Below, in pieces: positions 31,760 to 40,433 of a DNA stretch of 41,389 bases (position 1 is the stretch's first letter; every line of letters begins with the position of its first letter). Origin of the DNA: an uncultured Bifidobacterium sp. (GTDB lineage Bacteria; Actinomycetota; Actinomycetes; S36-B12; UBA5976); contig CAYVZD010000003.1 of the NCBI GenBank assembly GCA_964456135.1, positions 18,905-60,293 of the forward strand, given 5' to 3'. The notes beneath the pieces are model-generated. The model saw nothing but the letters and a program-made list of their open reading frames with translations, made no database searches and had not been told where the DNA came from. The position numbers and the translations under genes were made by a program.

Positions 31760-31975
31760 TTAGTGGGGTAGGGCTGATCTGCGCCACATGTTAGCGCCAT
31801 GAGCAAATTGATTGCGCATTGTTCTGTGTGGTGCATTCCATTCAGGTTTAACGCTTAATTTTTTAGCTTCTTGCGCAGCATAATTTTTTAGCACCACAAT
31901 GATGGCAGCCAGTTCTTCGGCTGTTGGTTCACCGCGGACTACTTTAAATTGCTCTGCGTTATCAGAAAGCGTCAT
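31760..31975 (-). CDS. accE5: acyl-CoA carboxylase epsilon subunit
   Basis: 71 aa. It has [18 protein letters not shown], a Trp-containing tail, and a 4-nt ATGA overlap with the upstream carboxyltransferase gene. This is the classic actinobacterial accD5-accE5 arrangement. Confidence 0.8.
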   Translation of the reverse strand: MTLSDNAEQFKVVRGEPTAEELAAIIVVLKNYAAQEAKKLSVKPEWNAPHRTMRNQFAHGANMWRRSALPH

Positions 31976-33552
31976 AGCGGAATGTTGCCATGTTTCTTTG
32001 GTGGAAGAGTCTGACGTTTACCCTTCAACGCTCGTAGTCCTCGAATAATCATTACTCGAGTTTCGTGCGGATAAATTACTCGATCTACATATCCGCGTTC
32101 AGCAGCAAGATATGGGTTGGCGAATTTGTCGTCATATTCAGCCATTAAGCGAACGCGCTCGGCCTCTGGATCTGCAGCTTCGGCAATTTCTTTTCGATAC
32201 AAAATATTCACTGCGCCAGAAGCACCCATAACTGCAATTTGTGCAGTTGGCCAAGCTAAATTCAAATCGGCACCTAGGTGCTTTGAACCCATGACGTCGT
32301 AGGCACCACCATATGCTTTTCGTGTGATGACGGTAATTAGTGGCACAGTTGCTTCGGCATATGCATAAAGAAGTTTTGCTCCGCGCCGAATAATTCCTTG
32401 CCATTCTTGGTCAGTACCAGGTAAGAAGCCAGGCACATCAACAAAAGTCAAAACAGGAATGTTGAATGCATCGCAAGTTCGCACAAAGCGCGCTGCCTTT
32501 TCTGAAGCATCGATATCAAGAGTTCCAGCGAACTGCATGGGCTGATTGGCCACAACGCCAACTGGATGTCCATCGACTCGGCCGAAACCAGTAATGATGT
32601 TTGGTGCAAAGAGCGGTTGCGTTTCTAGGAAGTCATCGTCATCAAGAATAATTTCAATGATTTTATGCATGTCATAAGGCTGGTTTGGTGAATCAGGAAT
32701 TAACGTATCGAGTTCGCGATCGTGATCTGTAATTTCCATGATTGAATCCACATCAATTGTTGGGACCTCATCCATGTTGTTACTTGGCAAATAACTCAAT
32801 AGCGTTTTTACGTAATTGAATGCATCATCTTCATCGTGAGCCATGTAGTGGGCAACACCTGATTTTGTGTTGTGTGTTCGTGCACCACCTAAGTCTTCAA
32901 ACTCCACTTCTTCACCAGTGACTGTTTTGATTACATCTGGACCGGTGATGAACATGTGTGAAGTTTTATCAACCATGATTACGAAGTCAGTTAGTGCCGG
33001 AGAATAAACAGCGCCACCGGCATTTGGACCAAGAATTAAAGATATCTGTGGGATTACTCCAGAGGCATGGGTATTTCGTTTGAAAATCTCAGCGTAAAGA
33101 CCAAGTGAAACAACGCCTTCTTGAATGCGGGCACCACCTGAGTCATTCAAACCAATTATTGGTACGCCGGTTTTTAATGCTAGATCCATGACTTTGCAAA
33201 TTTTTTCGCCAAATACTTCACCTAGTGATCCACCGAAAACTGTGAAGTCTTGAGCGAACACGCACACCGGGCGTCCGTCGATTGTTCCGTATCCGGTAAC
33301 AACTCCATCTCCGTAAGGACGAGATTTTTGCATCCCAAAATTGTGTGAGCGGTGTCGGGCTAATCCATCGAGTTGTTGAAAAGATCCTTCATCGAGCAAA
33401 CGCTCTAGTCGCTCCCAAGCTGTTAGCTTGCCTTTAGCGTGCTGTTTATCAACTGATTCTTTACGACGAGTTAAAGATTGTTCGCGGCGATTTTTTAAGT
33501 CCGCAATCTTTCCTGCCGTTGTATGGATGTCAAAAGACTTTTCGGTGCCCAC
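31972..33552 (-). CDS. accD5: propionyl-CoA/acyl-CoA carboxylase carboxyltransferase beta subunit
   Basis: 526 aa with a GTG start, preceded by GGAGGGA. Both carboxyltransferase halves are present ([46 protein letters not shown]). Confidence 0.95.
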   Translation of the reverse strand: MGTEKSFDIHTTAGKIADLKNRREQSLTRRKESVDKQHAKGKLTAWERLERLLDEGSFQQLDGLARHRSHNFGMQKSRPYGDGVVTGYGTIDGRPVCVFAQDFTVFGGSLGEVFGEKICKVMDLALKTGVPIIGLNDSGGARIQEGVVSLGLYAEIFKRNTHASGVIPQISLILGPNAGGAVYSPALTDFVIMVDKTSHMFITGPDVIKTVTGEEVEFEDLGGARTHNTKSGVAHYMAHDEDDAFNYVKTLLSYLPSNNMDEVPTIDVDSIMEITDHDRELDTLIPDSPNQPYDMHKIIEIILDDDDFLETQPLFAPNIITGFGRVDGHPVGVVANQPMQFAGTLDIDASEKAARFVRTCDAFNIPVLTFVDVPGFLPGTDQEWQGIIRRGAKLLYAYAEATVPLITVITRKAYGGAYDVMGSKHLGADLNLAWPTAQIAVMGASGAVNILYRKEIAEAADPEAERVRLMAEYDDKFANPYLAAERGYVDRVIYPHETRVMIIRGLRALKGKRQTLPPKKHGNIPL

Positions 33553-33588
33553 TAGTCCCTCCGTGCCCTCTTCGCCTACCCTAGCGAT

Positions 33589-34455
33589 GTGGACAGTAAT
33601 CAGGCTAAAAGTGGCTATCCAAAACTTGATATTTCGCGATTAAGTTCCCAGATCAGCCAAGTTGGATGGCTTGAACCCTTAATTTTTGAGCAGGTAACTT
33701 CCACAAATGATATTGCGATTGCAAACCTTGAACAGATCAATTCTGCGCATGGAATTGTCGTAGTTGCAGATGAACAAACAGCTGGTCGGGGGCGTCTTGA
33801 TCGATCTTGGGTTGCGCCCGCTGGTAGTGGTATCGCAATGTCACTCGGAGTAAAAATGCAGTCATTCGCCGTTGAACTCTCGGCGGTTCCGCTGATATGT
33901 GGCTTAGCGGTGAATCGAGCGCTTAAGTCTTTTGGAATTACCAGCTACCTTAAATGGCCAAATGACATTGTTTTTTCAAACACCGATCTTTTTCCAAAAG
34001 TCGACTTAAGCGAGCAGGGTACTGTCACGAAAAGCTTTAATAAAAAAGCAGAAACTGAATTACGAAAAGCAGGCGGTGTGCTGGTTCAGCTTGTGCAAGA
34101 TTCGTTAATAATCGGTATCGGATTAAATGTGACATTAAAGTCGCATGACCTACCAGTTCCGCATGCGACGTCATTACATTTAGAAGGATTTGAAGTTGAT
34201 CGGATAGAACTAATCTGCAAAGTTCTAGAGGAAATAAATTTTTTACAAGGATCAGATATATCTTGGCTAGCTGAATATTCAAAAAATTGCGTCACGCTTG
34301 GAAAAACTGTCTCCGTAACAAATTTTTCGAATCAAACAGTAACTGGTTTGGCACAAGAAGTGCTTCCGACCGGTGCATTACTTTTAAAAAATTTAGAAAA
34401 TTTTTACCAAATAACAGTTGGCGACATAGTGCATTTAGCCGTGGAGTCGAGTTAA
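33589..34455 (+). CDS. birA: biotin--[acetyl-CoA-carboxylase] ligase, group I (no HTH domain)
   Basis: 288 aa with a GTG start. It has [12 protein letters not shown] (GRGRxGRxW loop), KWPNDIV and GIGLNV. The N-terminus is too short for a repressor wHTH domain. It is divergent from accD5, with only a 36-nt gap. Confidence 0.9.
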   Translation: MDSNQAKSGYPKLDISRLSSQISQVGWLEPLIFEQVTSTNDIAIANLEQINSAHGIVVVADEQTAGRGRLDRSWVAPAGSGIAMSLGVKMQSFAVELSAVPLICGLAVNRALKSFGITSYLKWPNDIVFSNTDLFPKVDLSEQGTVTKSFNKKAETELRKAGGVLVQLVQDSLIIGIGLNVTLKSHDLPVPHATSLHLEGFEVDRIELICKVLEEINFLQGSDISWLAEYSKNCVTLGKTVSVTNFSNQTVTGLAQEVLPTGALLLKNLENFYQITVGDIVHLAVESS

Positions 34456-34464
34456 TCTACTTTC

Positions 34465-35133
34465 ATGGTTCGGCTGTTATTAGTCGACGATGACCCTAAG
34501 TTAGTTGACCCGTTAACGAAGGTGCTCAACTCAGACGGCTATGCCGTTGCACATGTTGGCAATGGATCGACTGCAATCGAAAAAATCAAAGTTGATCCAC
34601 CGGATTTAATGCTGCTTGACGTGAATCTTCCTGGAATTGATGGCTTTAAAGTTTGTGAAACTTTACGTAAGCAAGGCTTTGATTTCCCAATCGTTATGAT
34701 CAGCGCAAATTTTGAATCTTCAGATGTAGTACATGGTTTAGAAATTGGTGCAGATGATTACGTCACTAAGCCATTCGAAAAATCAGAGTTATTGGCTAGA
34801 TTGCGAGCAGTTGCACGTCGAACTTTAAATATTGATGTCACCTCAATTTCCAGTGGCCGGATAAAAATTGATCGAAAATCTCATACCTGCTGGGTAGACG
34901 ATGAAGAAGTAGAGCTAACTCGAATCGAGTATTCGTTACTTGATTATTTGATGCAAAACCAAGGTCGAGTATTAAAGCGACAATTAATTATTCGAGAAAT
35001 TTGGGCAACTTCTTGGCTTGGTCCAACCAAAAATTTAGATATGCACATTTCTACGTTGCGCCGCAAGCTTGGCCCTGGTGCAAGTCAATTAAAAACAGTT
35101 CGTGGTGTTGGGTTTCGTTTGGATGCAACATGA
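34465..35133 (+). CDS. OmpR/PhoB-family response regulator
   Basis: 222 aa. The receiver domain has LLVDDD, the phospho-acceptor context LMLLDVNLPGIDG, and KPF. The C-terminal winged helix has LTRIEYSLLDYL and VRGVGFRL. Confidence 0.92.
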   Translation: MVRLLLVDDDPKLVDPLTKVLNSDGYAVAHVGNGSTAIEKIKVDPPDLMLLDVNLPGIDGFKVCETLRKQGFDFPIVMISANFESSDVVHGLEIGADDYVTKPFEKSELLARLRAVARRTLNIDVTSISSGRIKIDRKSHTCWVDDEEVELTRIEYSLLDYLMQNQGRVLKRQLIIREIWATSWLGPTKNLDMHISTLRRKLGPGASQLKTVRGVGFRLDAT

Positions 35134-35819
35134 GTAACTCAGACGTACTTTCGGAAGTTTTGCGGTTTGGCGCGTTGTTAGCACATCAACTAAAAAATCC
35201 TTTAACAGCATTGAGTTTAAATCTTGAAGAGTTAACCGAGCGATTTGATGGAACTGATTATGCAAAGATCGCTGCACAGTCACATGCGCAAGTAATGCAA
35301 ATGAATAAATTAATTGAGCAAATTTTTGCCCTTTGGCAGCTTGCCGTAAAAGAAGAAATTACATCGATTGATTTAGTTGAAACGACTAAATCTGTAACTA
35401 AAAATTTCGAAAAAGAATTTCGTAACTCGAATAGAACGATTGAAATTTCTAAAGCTGAAAAACTATTTGTATTGGGATGTGCTCAACTCGAAGCCCAAGT
35501 TTTAGCGGTCTTGATTGACAACTCACTTAAACATGGTGCTGGCAGAACCAAAATTAGTATTTGTAAGAAAGATCAACATGCTGAAATCAGAATTCAAGAT
35601 GAAGGTGCAGGTATAAACCCGAGACTCAAAAATCGGCTCATGAATTTCGGGGCGACCACGACTGGTAATGGCGTTGGATTAGCTTGGGCAAAAAATCAAG
35701 TTTTGCATGATGGTGGTCGACTAGAAGTTACTTCTTTTTCACCAGCCGTGTTTAGTCTCTACTTAAAACTTGACCCAGTCATTCATGGTTTTGACATGAT
35801 GAATGAGGAAGTTGATTAA
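35130..35819 (+). CDS. minimal cytoplasmic histidine kinase (DHp + catalytic domain only)
   Basis: The ATG at 35130 overlaps the regulator's TGA (ATGA). It encodes 229 aa. The H-box LAHQLKNPLTAL has its His at residue 19. The N-box is LIDNSLKHG, G1 is QDEGAGI and G2 is GNGVGL. There is no hydrophobic segment and no room for a PAS, HAMP or GAF domain. The track ORF start at 35001 (TTG) lies inside the regulator gene. Confidence 0.8.
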   Translation: MSNSDVLSEVLRFGALLAHQLKNPLTALSLNLEELTERFDGTDYAKIAAQSHAQVMQMNKLIEQIFALWQLAVKEEITSIDLVETTKSVTKNFEKEFRNSNRTIEISKAEKLFVLGCAQLEAQVLAVLIDNSLKHGAGRTKISICKKDQHAEIRIQDEGAGINPRLKNRLMNFGATTTGNGVGLAWAKNQVLHDGGRLEVTSFSPAVFSLYLKLDPVIHGFDMMNEEVD

Positions 35820-36271
35820 TCGATCGGCAAAACCGTTTCTTCTGGGAAAACCCAATTGTGATACGCCCAAAATCTAAACATTGTGCCTAGAACTAATCCG
35901 ACACCGTTTGCACTGATGTTGTCTGCAAGCGCGCTTTGGAAACCTAGGACGTAATGGCTTACAAACAAGCACGTTAATGCGATCGCCATTCCCACTGCAT
36001 TAATTCCGATAAATAAGGTGTACTCGCGACGAAAGGTACGTCGTGAACGCTTATTAAACGTCCAATGACGATTACCAAAATAAGCAAATGTGGTTGCGAT
36101 GATAACGCTTGTAGCTTTAGCAGTTAGTGGTTTGTCGTACAGAATTCCTTGTCCATCTGCAAACCTTAGGAAATTAAAAACTGATAAGTCGATAACGTAG
36201 GCAATAAGTCCGATCACGCCGAATTTACTTAGTTCACGACTAAACCGGTCAATTAAACCCTGAATATTCAC
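35816..36271 (-). CDS. GtrA-family membrane protein
   Basis: 151 aa with 4 TM helices and the GtrA-like N-terminal pattern (KFGVIGLIAYVIDLSVFNFL). Its stop codon interlocks with the kinase stop codon. Confidence 0.8.
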   Translation of the reverse strand: MNIQGLIDRFSRELSKFGVIGLIAYVIDLSVFNFLRFADGQGILYDKPLTAKATSVIIATTFAYFGNRHWTFNKRSRRTFRREYTLFIGINAVGMAIALTCLFVSHYVLGFQSALADNISANGVGLVLGTMFRFWAYHNWVFPEETVLPID

Positions 36272-36425
36272 TAACTAATCGTAACTGGCGCTGTGCCTAT
36301 TTATATGGAGGCATATTTGTTAGTTATCCATTTAAGTACTGGCCTATTTATCTAGGGTGGATTACGGAAATACCTTTTGCGTCATTTTCGGGGTAAATTT
36401 CTCGTATTAATCGAAAGGCGCTGCG

Positions 36426-37103
36426 GTGGTAGCTCGAATTTTGGTTGTCGACGATGATCAGGCAATCTCAGAAATTCTTGGCATCGTTTTACGCGCCGAA
36501 GGGTTTGAACCATCTTTTTGTGCTGATGGTGACAAAGCGATGGATGTCTTCCACCAGTCGAATCCCGATTTAGTTTTACTTGACTTAATGCTTCCAGGTC
36601 GTGACGGCATAGATATTTGCAGGGCTATCCGACAAGAAAGTGGAGTTCCGATTGTCATGCTCACTGCCAGAAGTGATTCACAAGATATTGTGACTGGACT
36701 TGAATCTGGTGCTGACGATTACATAGTTAAACCAATTAAAAATAAAGAACTTATAGCCAGAATTAGAGCACGCTTGCGCAAAGTCGAGACTCCTTCAGCT
36801 AAAGAAATTAAAGTTGGCGACCTTGTTATAGACGTTGCTGGTCACGTAGTTCGGCGAGGTAACGATATCTTGCCGCTAACGGTTCTTGAATTTAAATTAT
36901 TAATGACACTAGCTAAACGACCTTGGCAAGTTTTTTCTCGCGAGGTGCTACTTCAAGAAGTTTGGGAATACCAACATTCAGCAGATACTCGGTTAGTCAA
37001 TGTGCACGTGCAGAGACTTCGAGCAAAAGTTGAAAAAGATCCAGAGCGTCCAGAAATTATTTTGACCGTGCGCGGTGTTGGGTATAAAGCAGGAACTGTT
37101 TAG
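36426..37103 (+). CDS. mtrA: response regulator MtrA (OmpR family)
   Basis: 225 aa with a GTG start. It has ILVVDDD, LVLLDLMLPGRDG and VRGVGYKA, and is followed by mtrB and lpqB in the conserved actinobacterial order. Confidence 0.93.
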   Translation: MVARILVVDDDQAISEILGIVLRAEGFEPSFCADGDKAMDVFHQSNPDLVLLDLMLPGRDGIDICRAIRQESGVPIVMLTARSDSQDIVTGLESGADDYIVKPIKNKELIARIRARLRKVETPSAKEIKVGDLVIDVAGHVVRRGNDILPLTVLEFKLLMTLAKRPWQVFSREVLLQEVWEYQHSADTRLVNVHVQRLRAKVEKDPERPEIILTVRGVGYKAGTV

Positions 37104-37106
37104 TTC

Positions 37107-38660
37107 GTGAGCGAAATGAAAAAACGCTCTTCGTTCCCCATGTTTTGGCGACGAAATTTACGGTTACGTCTAGTCACCGTGACAATAGTTCTGTCCTCTA
37201 TAGTTTTAGGACTTTTAGGTGCTCTACTTTTACAGCGGGTAACTTCGGGTTTATTGACTTCTAAAGAATCAAGTGTGATTACGGAAGCAACAGCGGCAGC
37301 TCAAGAAGTTCAACGTATTTTAAATGCATCTGATACTGGAATTAGCACACCGAATGTCACTCGCTTAGTTGACTCTGCAATTACCGCAATCGCAGTAAGA
37401 GCAGGTGCAACTGGTTCGTATGATGCATTGTTACTTGCAAGTCCAGAAATTTCAGGGCAACCCGAACGTGGCACTCGTTTAGTTAGCGAAACTTCAGTAC
37501 CGGATGAACTAAGGCAAGCAGTTCGTGAATCTGGAAAACAGGCCTGGACATACAGTCTGCTTTCTTATGAAGATGGTCGAACTGAAAAAGGAATTGTCGT
37601 TGGCTCCAGTGTCAATATTCCTAGAGTAGGTCCGTACGAACTGTACTTACTTTTTCCGTTGACAGCCGAACAACAAACTTTAAGTTTGGTGCGTGGAGTT
37701 GTTGGCGCCACTGGAATCGCTGTACTAATCGGTCTTGGAGTTCTTGCTTGGTTTGTGACAAGTCGCGTTACCGGCCCAATCAGAAAAGCAGCACAAGTAG
37801 CAAGTGAGTTAGCAGGCGGAGATTTAGATCGCCGACTCACTGTGCGTGGCGAAGATGACCTGGCCAGACTGGCTACTTCGTTTAATGACATGGCTGAAAG
37901 TTTGAAAAGCCAAATTAATCGACTAGAAAGCCTTTCTACGTTGCAACAACAATTTGTCTCAGACGTTTCACATGAGTTGCGCACTCCATTAACTACGGTC
38001 CGAATGGCCAGTGAAATGATTTTTGAAGCACGGAAGCAGTTAGATCCGCAAGTTGCAAGATCAGCTGAACTTTTAAGAAATCAAGTTGACCGATTTGATT
38101 TGCTGCTTAGTGACCTTCTTGAGATGAGCAAAATTGACGCTGGCGTCACAGTTTTAGACGTATCGACTTTTGATTTAAGCGATTTAGTTTCTCAAGAAAT
38201 TGAATCCGCTAATGAAATTGCGAAGAAATACGGAACAAGTATTACTTTCTTCGATCAAGGCGGTAATTCTGTTATCGAGGGTGACGCAAGACGGGTCAGC
38301 CGCATCGTTAGAAACTTGTTAGCAAATGCAATTGAACACGCTGAACAAAAACCAATTGAAGTAAAAATCAAAGGCAATGAATCTGCCGTTAGCGTTGGTG
38401 TTCGCGATTATGGTCAAGGAATGAATGAAACAGATTTAGAGCGAGTCTTCGATCGATTCTGGCGAGCTGACCCCGCTAGACAACGCACTTTGGGAGGAAC
38501 TGGGCTGGGACTTTCAATCTCGATCGAGGATGCCAAGTTACATGAGGGCGACTTAAGTGTTTGGGCCAAGCCAAATCAAGGAGCACACTTTGTTTTAACT
38601 TTGCCGCTGCGCAACGGTGAACCGATTGAACAATTGCCGATTAAGGCAGGTGCGAAATGA
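37107..38660 (+). CDS. mtrB: sensor histidine kinase MtrB
   Basis: 517 aa. It has two TM segments flanking an extracytoplasmic domain, a HAMP domain, the H-box SHELRTPLT, the N-box LLANAIEH, and G-boxes (DYGQGM, GGTGLGLSI). The start could be the GTG at 37107 or the ATG at 37116. Confidence 0.93.
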   Translation: MSEMKKRSSFPMFWRRNLRLRLVTVTIVLSSIVLGLLGALLLQRVTSGLLTSKESSVITEATAAAQEVQRILNASDTGISTPNVTRLVDSAITAIAVRAGATGSYDALLLASPEISGQPERGTRLVSETSVPDELRQAVRESGKQAWTYSLLSYEDGRTEKGIVVGSSVNIPRVGPYELYLLFPLTAEQQTLSLVRGVVGATGIAVLIGLGVLAWFVTSRVTGPIRKAAQVASELAGGDLDRRLTVRGEDDLARLATSFNDMAESLKSQINRLESLSTLQQQFVSDVSHELRTPLTTVRMASEMIFEARKQLDPQVARSAELLRNQVDRFDLLLSDLLEMSKIDAGVTVLDVSTFDLSDLVSQEIESANEIAKKYGTSITFFDQGGNSVIEGDARRVSRIVRNLLANAIEHAEQKPIEVKIKGNESAVSVGVRDYGQGMNETDLERVFDRFWRADPARQRTLGGTGLGLSISIEDAKLHEGDLSVWAKPNQGAHFVLTLPLRNGEPIEQLPIKAGAK

Positions 38661-40360
38661 AAAAAATATTTTTTGTTATCGCAGCCTTGATATTGACTGG
38701 CTGTTCCGGAATTCCATCTTCAGGGTCCATTAAATATGGTCCAGAAATAAACACCATCGAATCTGATCAGTTCATTCAGGTAATTGGTCGTCCGCCAACA
38801 CCTGGAATGACTCCAGAGCAAATAGTTCAAGGTTTTCTTACTGCGATGGCGGACTCAAGAGATGATTACGCGATTGCCAAACAGTATTTGACTACCGGGG
38901 CTGCCCGAAGTTGGAAAAGTTCGGCAGGAATAACGATTTATGATCAAAATAATTTTCAAGTGTCACTCGAAGATACGGTAGCAACTTTAAGTGCAGCCAA
39001 GTTAGGCGAAATAAATTCGACTGGGTATTTATCTGTGGCTGGAGCCGGTGCGACATTAAATTCGCAACTTCGGATAGCCCAGGATATTCAAGGTGAATGG
39101 CGGATTGCTGAATTGGCAGACGGGGTTTTACTCACTATCAACGACATCGATCGAAGCTTTAAAGGCTATCCAATTTATTTCTTCGGACCAGATCGAAAAA
39201 CATTGGTTGCTGACACAGTTTTGTTACCGCAAACTTTAACTGGTTCAGCTACTGCGCTAGTCCAAGCTTTACTTGCTGGGCCATCAAATAAATTAGAAAC
39301 TGCGGTATTTAATTCGTTCCCGACAGGAACTGCGTTGACCTATGGTTCTGTTCCGGTCACTGAAGGCGTTGCAAACATTGACTTAACTAATCAAATACTC
39401 AGCGCTGACCAACAAACTAGATCACTAATGTCTGCGCAACTCACCTGGACATTGAGTACCTTGCCAAACGTTAATTCCATATCAATTACTGTTTCTGGAC
39501 AACCAATAACAGTTGCCGGTGTATCTAGCGCTCAGTCAGTGCGTGATTGGGCACAATTCAATCCAGTGCAATTTACTGGCAATGAAATTTTGCATTATGT
39601 CCGTGATAATCAAGTGTTTTCGTTAAATCTAAATGGTGAAGAAACGCTAGTTGTTCAAGTTAATCCAACTTCGCGCGTAAACATAAGTGAAGTTTTTGGT
39701 GCACCACAAGGAGGAAGCGTTGCTGCTGTTACGACAGATAGCAAGCGCGTACTTGTTAGCACTGGTCGAGGTGGCCAGTTTGAACAGGTAGCTTCTGGTG
39801 AAGCAATTTCCAAACCAAGTTGGGATCAATCTGGTGGAGTGTTTTATTCCGATTACGGAGTGGGAATATTTGAAGTCGACTCAACTCGCGCAGTTCGGCC
39901 AGTCAGTTTTGAAATAAATGAGTTAGCTTCGATCAGTCAGGTGAAGCAAATTGCTGTTGCTAAAGATGGAGTTCGAGTAGCAATGGTTGTTTCAGATGGA
40001 TCAATCGACTTGTTAGTTGGTGGGGCAATTGTTAAAACTTCGAATTCAACCACGATTGTTGGCTTACATTTAATTGAACGAAACATCACCGCAATTAAGG
40101 ATTTAGCTTGGCAAACACCAACTTCAATTGCAGTTTTAGGCAGTGATCCAGCGGGTGGCAATTTAATTATGGATGTTGACATTGCCACTGGGACGCATAC
40201 CTCGACCGTTGCACCGGTCAGTGCACAGTCATTAGCCAGTTCTATTGGCAAGCAAGTTTATGTTGGTACCGTAATTGATTCGAAGGCTGTAATTTCTAGG
40301 CAAGTTGGATCTAACTGGACTGATGTAGTTTCTGGGTATTCACCTTATTTTTCTGAGTGA
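38657..40360 (+). CDS. lpqB: lipoprotein LpqB (MtrAB accessory lipoprotein)
   Basis: 567 aa with an ATGA overlap with mtrB. It has a signal peptide with the lipobox LTGC (MKKIFFVIAALILTGCSG) and sits in the conserved position after mtrB. Confidence 0.9.
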   Translation: MKKIFFVIAALILTGCSGIPSSGSIKYGPEINTIESDQFIQVIGRPPTPGMTPEQIVQGFLTAMADSRDDYAIAKQYLTTGAARSWKSSAGITIYDQNNFQVSLEDTVATLSAAKLGEINSTGYLSVAGAGATLNSQLRIAQDIQGEWRIAELADGVLLTINDIDRSFKGYPIYFFGPDRKTLVADTVLLPQTLTGSATALVQALLAGPSNKLETAVFNSFPTGTALTYGSVPVTEGVANIDLTNQILSADQQTRSLMSAQLTWTLSTLPNVNSISITVSGQPITVAGVSSAQSVRDWAQFNPVQFTGNEILHYVRDNQVFSLNLNGEETLVVQVNPTSRVNISEVFGAPQGGSVAAVTTDSKRVLVSTGRGGQFEQVASGEAISKPSWDQSGGVFYSDYGVGIFEVDSTRAVRPVSFEINELASISQVKQIAVAKDGVRVAMVVSDGSIDLLVGGAIVKTSNSTTIVGLHLIERNITAIKDLAWQTPTSIAVLGSDPAGGNLIMDVDIATGTHTSTVAPVSAQSLASSIGKQVYVGTVIDSKAVISRQVGSNWTDVVSGYSPYFSE

Positions 40361-40394
40361 TTCACACCGTTTGGATTTCCACCTGCGTTTAGTT

Positions 40395-40422
40395 TTCGCT
40401 TAATAATCAGCGAATTCTTTAT
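40395..40422 (+). terminator. weak candidate intrinsic terminator after lpqB
   Basis: TTCGCT (40395-40400) and AGCGAA (40409-40414) form a 6-bp stem with an 8-nt loop, followed by TTCTTTAT. The stem is A/U-poor but short, so termination activity is doubtful. Confidence 0.3.
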
Positions 40423-40433
40423 CTACTCAAAAA

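Noticed and set aside
31756-31836. A longer Maf ORF starting at 31836 ([12 protein letters not shown]...).
   Set aside because: It would overlap the 3' part of the epsilon-subunit gene by 77 nt. The Maf family N-terminus (MKRQVLLASAS) starts at the ATG at 31755, 4 nt after the accE stop.
35001-35129. An upstream TTG start for the histidine kinase ORF would add 43 residues.
   Set aside because: The extension overlaps the last 130 nt of the response-regulator gene in another frame and translates to a Trp/Cys-rich nonsense-like peptide. The ATG at 35130 forms the typical ATGA coupling with the regulator stop.
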